In this document: positions 37,121-50,561 of the stretch, in pieces
Layout of the letters: every line of letters begins with the position of its first letter
Numbering within the stretch: position 1 is the first letter of the stretch
Assembly: GCF_032191835.1 (NCBI RefSeq)
Contig: NC_083227.1
Span: forward strand, 116,870,001-116,934,000
Direction of reading: 5' to 3'
Origin: Heteronotia binoei
Taxonomy: Eukaryota
DNA: 64,000 nucleotides
Program-made: the position numbers and the translations under genes
The notes under the pieces: model-generated
The model's input: only the letters and a program-made list of their open reading frames with translations
The model's database searches: none
What the model was told of the DNA's origin: nothing

Positions 37121-38311
37121 ATGGTAAGATTCTTCAAAGCTGTAAGTATGGGTGTTTGAAGAAAATGACTTCCATATTACATATTTACAGCTTCAAATAA
37201 CGCTCATATTTCATATTTACAGCTTCAAAGAGAATCACAATTATCTACAGATTTCGATTATTGTTCAATTATTATAAATGTAACTAGGGGTCTGTGACAG
37301 ACATTTTGACCTCATGGGGACTTGCCTGCCTGGTGCAAAGATTGCGAACATCATGCATTTTCTAGATAGACTGACAGTGCTGGGGAGCAGTCAGTAATCA
37401 CAGTGCACATTGACACCAGTGACATTGAGTAATGTAGCCATGTGGTCCCAGAATAAAAAAATATAGGTTACTAGGCAGAAAGTTAAAGGCCAGGGCAGGT
37501 TCCATATCAGGGCCAGCTAGATAGGCAAATATCAGGGGCCTCAATGTGTGCATAAGAAAGAGGTGCCAGGAGGAAAGGTTTGGATTTGTTAGGCACTAGG
37601 GAACATTCTGAGACAAGCCAGAGACTGGCTTCACTCTAACTGAAAGAGAATCAGGCTGTTGGTGATTAATATCAAGAATGTGGCAGAAGAGATTTTAAAC
37701 TAATCCCAGAGAAAGAGGTGACAGGAGCTGGTGAGGCTCAGTTTTGGGACAAATCAGTCCAAAGGGATGATTGTATAAACACTCAGGGTAGTATTGATGG
37801 AGCATAACAGAACTTGGGAGTGAGGGTAGGATAGCAAAGGAGGGCTATGTGTGGTGGCAAAGGGGCTGAGGAAGGCAAGGGTTGCTGCAGAGGGAAACAC
37901 ATTGTTGGTGTCTATATACCAATGCTAAAAGTCTGCAAGTCAAGATGGGGGAACTGAATTGCTTGGTGTTCAATGACAATTTACATACAGTAGGTGCCTC
38001 AGAAACATGATAGAATGGTGAAAATCTATGGGATACAGTTGTTGCTTGGTATAAGCTCTATGGGCAGGACAGAGAGGGATGGGTTGGCGAAGCAGTGGAG
38101 CCTTTGATGACCAAGGAATAAAAAGGATTGCTAAAGGAAAATGAGGTGATGTCAAAGAAGCTCAATGAATTTTTTGCTTCTGTGTTCATTGTAGAATAGA
38201 AAGTGTGTGGCATGAACCCATGCTACAGCTACTTTTTTTTAGGAAAGGAGTCAGAAGAACTGAGTCAAATTGAAGTGACAAAAGATGAGGTTTTAGACCT
38301 ACTGGGGAAAT

Positions 38312-38509
38312 CAGGGCTTTTATTGAGCAGGAATGCACAGGAACATAGTTCCAGCTGACTTGGTGTCAGAGGGTATGGCCTAATATGCAAAGGAGTTCCT
38401 GATGGACTTTTTCTACAAATAAAAATAGTCCGTTATGAAACAATGGTGATGTCAGGGTGTGTGCAAATGACATCCTGCTGGGGTTTTTCTACACAAAAAA
38501 AAAGCTTCG
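38312..38509. mobile_element. CAGGGCTT-type hAT MITE inserted in the CR1
   Basis: cagggcttt start and eroded aaagcttcg end. CR1 sequence resumes after it. Confidence 0.65.
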
Positions 38510-39240
38510 GGAAAATTAAAAACCAACAAGGCTCCAGGTCCTCATGCCATACACCTGAAAATTCTTAGGGAACACAAAAATGAAATAGTTGATATACTAA
38601 CAAGTATAAGTAACATCACTATAACAGAAGACTGGAAAGTAGCAAACGTTATACTGATTTTTTTAAAAAAGGGGTCCAGAGGAGAACCAGGAAATTACAG
38701 GCCAGTCAGCCTAATGTCTGTCCCTAGCAAAATAGCCACTGTAATCAAATATAGAATTATTAGGCACAAACAGGTTTCCTGCTGAGGGAAAATCAACATG
38801 GCTTCTGCAAAGAGAACTGTCTCACCAACCTTTTGGAGTTCTTTGAGAAAGTGAACAAGAATATAGGCAATAATGACTTGGTAGACATTATATACCAGGC
38901 CTTTCAAAAAGACGTTTGCCAAGGAACCTCACCAAAGACTCCTGAGTAAAAGATTGGTGAGGCAAGACTTTTTTTGACTCAGGAGTTTTGAGGTATGAAT
39001 ACAGGTTCTATTATGAATTAAAAAATGGCTAAATGAAAAAAGCAAATAGGAATAGATGGACAGTTTTCACAATGGAGTGAAGTAACCACTGAGGTCCCAC
39101 AGGGATTGGTATTGAGGCCAGTGCTGTTGAATTTGTTTTTTAAAAAAACAGGTGCTTAATTTGTTTATAAGTTATCTGAAACTAGCGGTGAGTAGTGCAG
39201 TGGTTAAGTCTGCAAAATTATTCAAGACGGTAAAAAAAAT

Positions 39241-40355
39241 CAGGGATGGGCATCAACTGGAAAAATGTGGTTCATGTCGGTCCGTGGTTCATGACTGAAC
39301 CATGAACCAAATCACAAACTGAACCAGGATGTTTGTTTTTGAACTGAACCAGTTCATGGCCCCAAACTCAGTTGAAAGGGACCACAGCCAGTTTAAATGG
39401 GGTTTACCTGAAAAACAACTGAGCTGCAGGCAGGCAGGCCTGGCCTGAGCCCTTCCCCCACCCTAGGCAGCACAGCTGCAGCCACCCCTGATTCCCTGCA
39501 CCTGCCACATACTCGTAAGTGGGCAGTAGGCGCTACTCATGAGTAGGTGGCAGGCGCAGAGCTACTCATGAGTAGCCCCATGCCTGCTGGCCCAAAGGCA
39601 AGTGCCCTCCACCCTCTCCCCCGCTCGCAGTGAGGAGGTCCAGCCATACCGGTCAGAGGTCTGCGTGTGTTTTGAAGAGACCTCTGGAGGAAGTTTCTTC
39701 CCCCTCCTTTCCGGAAAAAAGGGGGGAGAAATTTCCTTCAGAGGTCTCTTCAAAATACACACAGACCTCGGAGCTGGTGTGCTGGACACCCTCGTGGCGA
39801 GCTTCTCGAGGCTGGGTGGGAGCTGGCTGTGGTGGCAGGGTGATCTTCGGGGATGGGGTGGGTGATGGCAGGGCGAGCTTCGGAGGGCAGGAGGTAGAGA
39901 GCTGGCTGTGCCAGCGGTAGGGGAAATGTCGGGGATGGGGTGAGCAGCAGCGGGACGAGCTTCTGGGGTGGCAGGCGGGAGCGCGGCAGGCAGGAAGGAG
40001 CTGGTGATGGCGGTGGGGGGAGGAAGGCAAATTAGGCCATTGTCTTGGACACTGGGAGGGAGCCCAGTTCGATGCTGTCTCACTCCAGGTACCCTAGGCA
40101 AGTGCCCTGTTTGCCTAGTGGGCGAGTTGGCCCTGGCTGCAGGGAAGTGCTCAGTTGTTTAACTTTCTTATGCAGTCCTAAAGGGACTGCATGAGTAAAC
40201 CCAAAAAAGCTGAGCAGCAGAGAGGCACTCCCCACCACTCAGCTGTTTTTGCAGCTTTCCCAGAAATCAAGGACTGAGACTTTGGTTCATGAACCACGAA
40301 CCAGGCAAAATTTGTGACAAATGTTGCTTTGTGGTTCAGTTCATATCTGTACCTA
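39241..40355 (+). mobile_element. Non-autonomous hAT-like element with GC-rich interior, inserted in the CR1
   Basis: cagggatgggca left end, dense tgaacc/ggttca subterminal repeats at both ends and an approximate TSD gtaaaaaa. The CR1 RT frame is continuous across it. Confidence 0.72.
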
Positions 40356-42864
40356 GTAAAAAACAAGAATGACTGTGAATTGCCTCTGGAGGATCTCCAC
40401 AAATCAGATGAGTGGGCAACAATGTAACAGATGAAACTTAAAGCTGGTAAGTATAAGGTGATGCACAATGCAACAAAAAGTTCCAACTTCAGGTATAGAC
40501 TAATGCAAGAACTTGCTGAGACCAAGAGGAAAAAAGATCTTGGGGCTGTAGTAAATAACTCATTGAAAGCATCAACCTAGTGTGCTGCAGCAGTGAAAAA
40601 GGCAAACTTTGTGTTATGGATTATTATAATGCCCCTATATGGTGTGGCCTCATTTGGAATACAATATACAGTTCTGGTCATTGTATCTCCAAAAGGACGT
40701 TGAACTAGAAAAAGTACAGAAGAGAGCAACCAAGATGATTATGGAGCTGGAGCACCTTCCCTGTGAAGAAAGAGACTGGGATTTTTCAGTTTAGAAAAAA
40801 AAGACAACTAAAGGGGGATGTGATAGAAGTTTATAAAATTATGCATGCAGTGGAAGTAGTTAATAAAGATAACTTTCCCCTCTTCTCTCAGAACATGAGA
40901 ACTAGAGGGAACCCAATGCAGCTGATGGACAATAGATTGAGAACAGACAAAAGGAAATGCTTCTTGAGAACAGACAAAAGGAAATGCTTCTTTACATACT
41001 GAGTGATTAAAATGTTGAATTCACTGCCAGAGGATGTAGTGATGGCCATGGCATAGCCAGCTTTAAAAGGGAATTACACAAAGTCATGGAAGATAGGTCT
41101 ATCAGCGGCTGCTAGCCATGGTGTCTAAAGGGAATCTGCGAATTCAGAGACACTAATACTCTGAGTTCCAGAGCCAGGAGGCAACATCAGCCTCAATGCT
41201 GTGTTGCTGGCCCTCCTGAAGAATTGATTGGCCATTGTGTGAGAAAGGATGCTGGAGTAGATGGACCACTGGTCTGATCTGGTAGGACTCTTTTTATGTT
41301 ATGTTCTTATGAGATAAAGAGGGTTGCTAGCTGAAGCTTGGGAAATTCCTGGATGTTTGGAGGCAGGACACTTAGTGAAAATATGATGCACTAGAGTCCA
41401 CCCTCCAAAGCTGCCACTTTCTCTTTGAAGTCTTGAGATCAGTTGTAATTTCAGGAGAACTCCAGGCCCTACTAGGGGGCTGGCAACTCTACCTATAAAG
41501 CAGGGCTGGAAAGAACTAAGGCATTCAAAAACTGATCGTACCAGACTAGATGGGTTTTGATTCAGTATAAGAAAACTTCTCATGTTGAAACATGCAATCC
41601 TAGTGCTTCTGCAAAGCACTTATCAAAACTGAAGCACCACCTCACGTGAATCTTTTTGTATGTTTCAAACAGCCATGTGTCACAAGACATAGATTTGTGG
41701 TCTGTGAAAGCGAATATTCTCTTTTATTACAGCATTTTTTGTTATAATAATAGAGTGTAATCGTTCCAAATGTCAACTGTACCCATTCCGTGGCTAGTGG
41801 TAAGCCATATTCACAATTACCATCAACCAAAAAAAGTCATATGACTACTGTATGACTTGTGCTCTACCCCACCAGACACATAATACAGTAATACGATATA
41901 ACTATAATCTTTTAAATTGCCAGAGTACTTCTGAGTTTGTACAGTTGCCTCTCCTCTCCACAACTGTACTACAACCTGTTCTTGAGTATCAGGAATGAGA
42001 AGTAGTCAAACTTATCACACAAAGCATGTTGCACAAGTTTATTAGGCTGGATGCGAAAAAAAATGCCCTGACATATTTTAAAAAAATATGTTAAAAATTC
42101 TCTCTAGTCTGAACTCTAGTATTATAGATGTGGTTGTGAGAAAGTGATGAAGTGTCCCAACTCCAGTGATAAAGGCGCTCGTGTGTGTGTGTGTATGTAA
42201 ATATAATTCTCTCTCTCTCTCAATATATATTGAACTATATATGTATTATATTATAATTTTATATTATATAAATCGAATGAAATAAATAAATAATATATAT
42301 TATATACAATATAATTATGTATATATCATTATATATATATATATATATCAGTTTGAGCAGCACTTATTGAAAATGGTTAAAATAGTAAAGAGAGCAAATA
42401 GTTGAACAATATCTTTAGCTACCAACATTTTGTAACTTCTCAGTGTTATAGCTGCTCAAACTACTAAGGTGTAGCTAATTTTAGTTCTGTTATAATTTTC
42501 TACTCTAGTTCTAATTTTAGTTCAGTAACTATTCTAGAGGAAATTGGATTAAGACTAGCCACTGAGAGGGTGACAAACAATACCAACTTCTGACAAGGTC
42601 TAGAGGCTACAGGAGGAAGATTGCAGGCCTAATATGTCTGGGAAATTATAGATGTTTACATACAAATGCTAGAAGTTTCCAAGGTAAAATGGGGAAGCTG
42701 GAGTGCTTAGTGTCAGAGGAGAACGCCAACATTGTAGGCATTTCAGAAACATGGTGGGATGAAGGTAATCAGTGGGATATAGTGATTCCTGGATATAAAT
42801 TATACCAAAAGGGCAAGGAGGAAATGGTTAGAGGTGGAGTGACATTGTATGTCAGAAAGAACAT

Positions 42865-43392
42865 AAGAACATAAGAGAAGTCATGTTGGATCAGGCCAGT
42901 GGCCCATCCAGTTCAACACTCTATGTCACACAGTGGCCAAAAACCCCAGGTGCCATCAGGAGGTCCACCAGTGGGGCCAGGATGCTAGAAGCCCTCCCAC
43001 TGTTGTCCCCCAAGCACCAAGAATCATGTGCCCCAGACAGAGAGTTTCATCTATAGCCTGTATCTAATAGCCACTGGTGGACCTCTGCTCCATATGTTTA
43101 TCCAATCCCCTCTTGAAGCTGGCTATGCTTGTAGCTGCCACCACCTCCTGTGGCAATGAATTCCATGTGTTAATCACCTTTTGGTGAAAAGATACTTTCT
43201 TTTATCTGTTCTAACTTGACTGCTCAGTAATTTCATTGAGTGCCCACAAGTTCTTGTAATGTAAGAAAGGGGGAAAAGTACTTCTTTCTCTATCTCCTCT
43301 ATCCCATGCATAATCTTGTAAACCTCTATCATGTCATCTCCTCAGTTGATGTTTTTCCAAGCTAAAGAGCCCCAAGTGCTGTAACCTTTCTC
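42865..43392 (-). mobile_element. Inverted 5'-truncated CR1 inserted into the endonuclease region of another CR1
   Basis: (aacataag)n at the left end is the reverse-complemented tail. The body is the reverse complement of the CR1 C-terminus and 3' UTR. Confidence 0.85.
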
Positions 43393-44491
43393 AATGACTG
43401 TGCTATGGAACAGATGGTCACAGAACCTACCAGGGGGAGGCAATCCTGAACTTGGTCCTAAGTAATGCTCAAGACCTGGTGAGAAATGTAAATGTGATAG
43501 CACCATTTGGGAACAGTGATCGTAATGCTATTAAGTTTAGCCTTTGTGTAAATAGGGAATTCTCTAAAAAGACCAACACAACTGCACTTAATTTTAGAAG
43601 GGGTAACTTCTCTCAGATGAGGGGGATTGTAAAGAAGAATCTGAAAAGAAAGGTAAGTAGGGTAAAATTATTTCAGGAAGCTTGGAAATGATTTAAAGCT
43701 ACAATACTGGAATCTCATAAAATTAATACTTCAGGTTAGGAAAAGTAAATACGTATTTTTAAAAGGCATGCATGGTTAACAAACAAGGTAATGAAATCAG
43801 TAAAAGGTAAGAAGAATTCCTTTTAACTTGATTATTAATTATTTGGAGTTGGGAGTAAACAGTGAAATGGCTAAGTTTGCCAATGACACGAAGTTGTGCA
43901 AGGCAGTGAGAACCAGAGAAGATTGTGAGCCAAAAAATCCTAATTATAACTATACATTGATGGGGTCCAAACTGGTGGTAACTGATTTGGAGAGAGATCT
44001 TAGAGTCATGATAGACAACTTGTTAGACAATGAAGTTAATAAAAGGGAACACAGGCTTTGGCAAAAAAAAAAAAAAATGCAAGTCTGTGATCAGACAGGC
44101 AAAAAGGGAATATGAGAATATTGCAAAAAAACCCATAAAGACTAACAATAAAAAAAATTAGAAGCAGGAAACCAGCCAGGGAGGCAGTGGGGCCTTTGGA
44201 TGACCAAGGGGTAGAAGGGTTACTGAAGGACAATAGGGAAATGGCTGAGAAGCTGAATGCATTTTTTGCCTCAGTCGTCACCGTGGAAGATGAGAAGTGC
44301 TTGCCCACTCCAGAACCACTGATTTTGGCAGGGGTGTTGAAAGACATGAGTCAGATTGATGTGACGAGAGAGGAGGTCCTATGACTGATAGACAATCTAA
44401 GAACTGATAAATCACCAGACCCAGATGGCAAGAGTTCTGAAAGAACTCAAATGTGAACTTATGGATCTCCTGACAAAAAATTGTAATCTTT

Positions 44492-46020
44492 GAACTTGTG
44501 GATCTTCACGTTGAATTTGTGGATCTTCTAACAAAAATCTGTAATCTTTCACTGAAATCTGCCTCCGTTCCTGAGGACTGGAAGGTAGCAAATGTCACCC
44601 CCATCTTTAAAAAGGGTTCCAGAGGAGATCTGGGAAATTACAGGCCAGTCAGTCTGACTTCAATACCGGGAAAGTTGGTAGAAAGCATTATTAAGGACAG
44701 AATGAGTAGGCACATTGATGAACACGGGTTATTGAGGAAGACTCAGCATGGGTTCTGTAGGGGAAGATCTTGCCTCACTAACCTGTTACATTTCTTTGAG
44801 GGGGTGAACAAACATGTGGACAAAGGAGACCCGATAGATGTTGTTTACCTTGACTTCCAGAAAGCTTTTGATAAAGTTCCTCATCAAAGGCTCCTTAGAA
44901 AGCTTGAGAGTCATGGAGTAAAAGGACAGGTACTCTTGTGGATCAAAAACTGGCTAAGTAATAGGAAGCAGAGAGTGAGTATAAATGGGCAGTCTTCGCA
45001 ATGGAGGACGGTAAGCAGTGGGGTGCCGCAGGGTCCCATGCTCTTTAACTTGTTCATAAATGATTTAGAGTTGGGAGTGAGCAGTGAAGTGGCCAAGTTT
45101 GTGGATGACACTAAATTGTTCAGGGTGGTGAGAACCAGAGAGGATTGTGAGGAACTCCAAAAGGATCTGTTGAGGCTGGGTCAGTGGGCATCAACGTGGC
45201 AGATGTGGTTCAATGTGGCCAAGTGCAAAGTAATGCACATTGGGGCCAAGAATCCCAGCTACAAATACAAGTTGATGGGGTGTGAACTGGCAGAGACTGA
45301 CCATGAGAGAGATCTTGGGGTCATGGTAGATAACTCACTGAAAATGTCAAGACAGTGTGCGTCTGCAATAAAAAAAGGCCAACTCCATGCTGGGACTTAT
45401 TAGGAAGGGAATTGAAAACAAATCAGCCACTATCATAATGCCCCTGTATAAATCGATGGTGCGGTCTCATTTGGAGTACTGTGTGCAGTTCTGGTCGCCG
45501 CACCTCAAAAAGGATATTATAGCATTGGAGAAAGTCCAGAAAAGGGCAACTAGAATGATTAAAAGGCTGGAACACTTTCCCTATGAAGAAAGGTTGAAAT
45601 GCTTGGGACTCTTTAGCTTGGAGAAATGTTGACTGTGGGTTAACATCATAGAGGTTTACAAGATAATGCATGGAATGGAGAAAGTAGAGAAAGAAGTACT
45701 TTTCTCCCTTTCTCACAATACAAGAACTCGTGGGCATTCGATGAAATTGCTGAGCAGACAGGTTAAAACGGATAAAAGGAAATACTTCTTCACCCAAAGG
45801 GTGATTAACATGTGGAATTCACTGCCACAGGAGGTGGTGGCGGCCAATAGCATAGCCACCATCAAGAAGGGTTTAGATAAAAATATGGAGGAGAGGTCCA
45901 TCAGTGGCTATTAGCCACAGTGTGTGTGTGTATAATTTCTTTTGGCCACTGTGTGACACAGAGTGTTGGACTGGATGGGCCATTGGCCTGATCTAACATG
46001 GCTTCTTTTATGTTCTTATG
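44492..46020 (+). mobile_element. Youngest CR1 of the nest, with the RT domain largely open
   Basis: 301-aa ORF with NYRPVSLTS, YLDFQKAFDKVPH, SGVPQG and FVDD (FADD variant), then a frameshift to the C-terminus, the 3' UTR and a ttatgttcttatg tail. Confidence 0.9.
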
Positions 46021-46820
46021 TTCATTAAAATCTGCCTCCCTTCCTGAGGACTGGAAGGTGGCTAATGTGATTCCCATCTTTAAAAAGGGTTCCAGAGGAG
46101 ATCCGGGAAATTACAGGCCAGTCAGTCTGATGTCAATATCGCGTAAGTTGGTGGAAACCATTATTAAAGAGAGAATTAGTAGGCACATGGATGAACAAAA
46201 GCTATTGAGGAAGACTTGGCATGGGTTTTCTAAGGGAAGATCTTGTCTCACTAACCTGTATTCATGGTGCTTGGGAGGGGGGGCAACAGTAGGAGGGCTT
46301 CTAGTGTTCTGGCCTCACTGATGGACCTCCTGATGGCACCTGTTTTTTTTGACCGTGTGACAGAATGTTGGGCTATATAAGCCACTGGATTCTCTTATGT
46401 TTTTATGTTCTTAGCTCACTGAAAATATTGACTGAGTGTGTGACTGCAATAAAAAAGGCAAATGCTATGCTAGGGATTATTAGAAAAGGGATTGAAAATT
46501 AATCAGCCAGTATCATAATACCCCTGTATAAACTGGCATCATTTGGAACACTGTGTACAGTTTTGGTCACCAAACCTCAAAAAAAAGATACTATAGAACT
46601 GGGGAAAGTGCAGAAAGGGGCAACTAAAATGTTTAAGGGGTTAGAACATCTTCCCTATGAAGAAATGTTAAAGAAGTTAGGGGTTTTTAGCTTTGAGAAA
46701 TGATGATTGAGGGGTGACATGATATGGGTTTACAAAATTATACATGGGATAGAGAAGGTAGAGAAAGAAGTACTTTTCTGTTTCTCACAATACATGAACT
46801 CATGGAAACTCAATTAAATT

Positions 46821-46991
46821 NNNNNNNNNNNNNNNNNNNNNNNNNNNNNNNNNNNNNNNNNNNNNNNNNNNNNNNNNNNNNNNNNNNNNNNNNNNNNNNN
46901 NNNNNNNNNNNNNNNNNNNNNNNNNNNNNNNNNNNNNNNNNNNNNNNNNNNNNNNNNNNNNNNNNNNNNNNNNNNNNNNNNNNNNNNNNNN
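46821..46991. other. Assembly gap (171 N)
   Basis: Run of N in the sequence. Confidence 1.
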
Positions 46992-49900
46992 AATGGGAGG
47001 TAACAAGGTTCCATTTTATAGTGGAGAAAGTGGACAAACTAAATTCAAAATATAAATGGTTCAGTTAGTTCAAGAAGATTCACTCTGAGAACTGAGGTAA
47101 TAAATTCATGAGGGAAGACTGAGATGGACACCCTAACTTGGACGCCATAGAAAGTCGTTCTACAGTTCTAAATATACTGCAGGAGTGTTAAAATCTAAAG
47201 AACAGTCACTGAGCATCTACGCATATTTCAAAACTAGCATTCTTAGCTAGTGAAATACTTTCCCCTGCTGCATCACTAATCAATGATTTCTTTTCCCCTT
47301 CACAGTCATGTTTAATATGTGATGCAAAATCCTTCAGATTCCTTCCTGCCATATATTATTATACCTATATGCCTCTTGCTTGTACTGCCACAAGCTCCCT
47401 GTGTCTTGATTACATTACCTGTGTCTACTGGCAAACTTCTAGAAGTGATTTTTAAATTATTCTTGTCAGCAGATCACAACTCAGTGACCTTCTCCAACCT
47501 CTGACTAACTATCATGCCAGCATGTCAGTGCTTATATTTAACAAACAAAATGTCCAGCCAGAGGCTTTAGCTTTGCATATGCTGTTGGAGACGTGCTCTC
47601 AATCAGAATCATATATGTGGTCTGATTCTGTATGCTATCCCCTTTACTCAAACCAAACTCAGTCACTGTCAGCTGAACATGTCATCTCCATACATCAAAA
47701 AGCATTCTACTGCATGATACCAACATGTGGTGGCTGAAAAAGGCATGTTCGTCACTTGACAAATGCAAGCAAGTGAATGAACTCAAATTGCCCTTACACC
47801 AATGCTGACATTTTTGTGACATTCGATTACCACTAACTTGGACACTCTAAAAATGTTTTAAATAAAATGAAATAAATGAATTAAAATAAATATCATACTT
47901 TCCAATCAAGATATATTCAGCTGCCAGTCATCCAATGTTGACTAATGAAACAATGAGAAAGCAAGTGATACATAAGCACAGATGGATCAGTCCTCTGTCA
48001 ATGATTGAATCTGTATGGGCAATCCCATACATGCAAGTCATAGTTGACAATGTTGCAGATATCAATTCATGAGTGTACATGTATGATCTCCACGGTGATC
48101 TTAATATCATCAATCTATTACTGTATGGCAATGAGACATATGAAATATAGAATATGCATATTACACAAAAACCATAAGGACACATTTGCATGGTCTATAG
48201 TCCTTTCTTTCTGAATTATTTCCATATTTTCCTTCCATATGCTGTTAATTTATTTTTATTTAATTTATTTCTATTTGTATCCTGCCCTCCCTGCAAATAG
48301 GCTCAGGGCAGCTAACAGCATATTAAGAATAGATGTTCAGAGAAATCTTACAATGAGATGTTATAGTACATCCGACTACACCATGCCAGCTATGTTCTTT
48401 ACTATAGCATTGGAAATGGTTATTTTAAAAATGTGCATATTTAATTTCACATTGACATTTCACTTTAACATATTCCTTTATCTGTAGGTGAAAAAAATGA
48501 GGGGTGAAATGAATGTTTTGAAGATTCTCAGCAGAGCCTGCTTACCCCATGAGTAGTCATACCCTTGCCATACGCTAGTGATAGATATCTTGGTTCCACT
48601 GATCATAACATCAGCAAACTAACCTGAAGTTTCTGCACTTTTCTGCCACAGCCCAAATGCTTGAAGCTTAGCCTGCCTGATGCTTTGAAGTCTTGTTGCC
48701 TTTCATAACTGGAATTTGCTTCTCAAACAAGATGGGGTGCCTCCAGTATGGGATTGTACCAGGACAGGAGACAATTAAGTAGGAATCCCATGATTTGTTC
48801 AGCAAATGAGGTCAAAAGCCTAATGTTCTGGATTGAACCCAGTCATCTTTTATACTCAAGAGGTGTAAGGTGGCTGCATGTCAGACGGTCACCATGGCAA
48901 CCCCGCTGGAGTGCGCGGGTGAGGTGGATGCAGGAGGAGGGGAGGGCCAGCCCAGGCCCCCCAGATTGACCAGGCACCGTGGCAGATGACAGTCGGAGGT
49001 GGGAAGAGGCAGCCCCAGAGAGACTGATGGCTTTCCCCACCCTGCCCCCTGAGCCAATCATGGCCAGATGGTCACAGCCAAGAGCGAGAAGTCCCACCAA
49101 TGCGGCGAGGGAAAAGAATTGGGGCTGGGCATGCATGTGAGAGAGACAGAGAAGCCTGGCTCACTGCCGCAGTGGGGGCGGGGAGAGGAACCCACTGAAA
49201 AAGGGAACACTTCACACAGCACACTTGAAAGGGGGTGGGGCACAGGGAACGTGCAGCAGACACTATGCATGTGAGACAAAGAACGGCACATCTCAAGACT
49301 TTATTAGTGCAACAGTTTCCTAGGAACAACTCGGACAGTCTTGTTGGGTGCGAGGCTTCACTCTGAGAGGAGGGTGGGAACAGCTGAAGGAGTAGATGGG
49401 GGAGGAAGTGCCCCACACGAAAGCTTCTCTGTCGCATTTCCACCTGCAAAACAGAAACAGAGATCAAGAGCACCCGAAGGGGTGGCAGTTGCAGTGTGCG
49501 GCTGTGTTCCGCTGAGGGAATCTCTTAAAGGAACAGGCCCTGGCCCACCTTCCCACAAGCATCGGAGCAGCTGCCAGACCCCCCCCTCCCCCATGCCCTG
49601 CCAGGGGTGGGAACAAGGCAGAGGGCAGACCGAGGGGGGACCTCCAGCGACATGTGGGGGCCACGGCTAGTGCCCCTGCCTGGGCTTGCAGCCTGCGTCA
49701 AATGCCAGAGATGCTGTCACTGTGAACAAGGGGGGGAGGCGAGTTTGGAGTACGTGCTCACACTTACCCATCAATGCACGCCAAGATTTGGGAGGCTGGG
49801 CACCTGTTCAGACTCAGAAATAAGAGGTTAGCCACAGAGGAGAGACCTTGTTCCCCTCCTCACAAGCCAAAGAGCCCACCCTATACTGTCTAAGCAACCT

Positions 49901-50561
49901 CACTGTACAGTGCCCTTCACCAAAGTGCCCTCCTCACTCTAAGTCCACGTGGCAGAGAGCTCCCCAGCAGAGCCCCGTACTGCCCGCCTGGCCCTACCTA
50001 AAGGGTGTATGGGGCAGGGCTGGCAGCCTTTGTAAGAGGATGGGCTGTGATTGGGTGCTGGACAGGGGGCTTGCCCGTTCCAGGGCATGCAGAGATTGGT
50101 GCACCGTCTAGTCAGCTCCCTGAGAGTTTCTGAGGCTGTGCCAGGAGTGTCAGGAAACTTTGTTTTCGAGACACATGGGTCTCTATGGGATCCACCATGA
50201 TTCACCTGTCACAGGGGGCATGCCCAGGCTGAAAGGTCTCAGGAAGCCACCTAACACCAGCCACGCCCCTAGGCCTGTCCCCTCACATGCAGGCATACCT
50301 TCCTACGCCCCAATTGCGCCGCTGGCTGGGCAGGGCACCACTCTGCTGGCAGCCTGGAATGGATGCACACTGTGGCATGCACAGACTGGTGTACGTCCCG
50401 TTTGCACGGGTGTAAGTCCCGTTTGGGGAAGTGGTTAGAGTGGAGTTACTCCCACTTCCTCTGGTGTAATGGTTAGTTTTCTCCCAAAGCACTTTCAGCC
50501 CCCCCCCCCTTAGGATTGCTCTCTTAGTGGGGATGTATAAATACTTTATTCAGCTATTTAT

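Larger units (their letters stand above)
37905..41311 (+). mobile_element. Old, decayed CR1 LINE ORF2 (endonuclease through RT to 3' tail), interrupted by two hAT insertions
   Basis: Starts with the CLYTNA-type endonuclease motif (tgtctatataccaatgct). RT-like segments (NYRPVSL, HGFCK). Ends in a tatgttcttatg tail. Confidence 0.82.
42590..46820 (+). mobile_element. Nested CR1 LINE cluster of at least four elements
   Basis: Endonuclease ORF 42689..42874 (IVGISETWWDE). RT ORFs 44498..45403, 45387..45632, 45666..45914 and 45998..46321. Three separate ttcttatg tails. Confidence 0.9.

Noticed and set aside
39562-40162. 179-aa and other Pro/Ser-rich ORFs
   Set aside because: They fall inside the GC-rich interior of the 39241-40355 element that interrupts a CR1, with no coding signature.
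46724-47068. ORFs spanning 46800-47070
   Set aside because: Artefacts of translating through the N gap.
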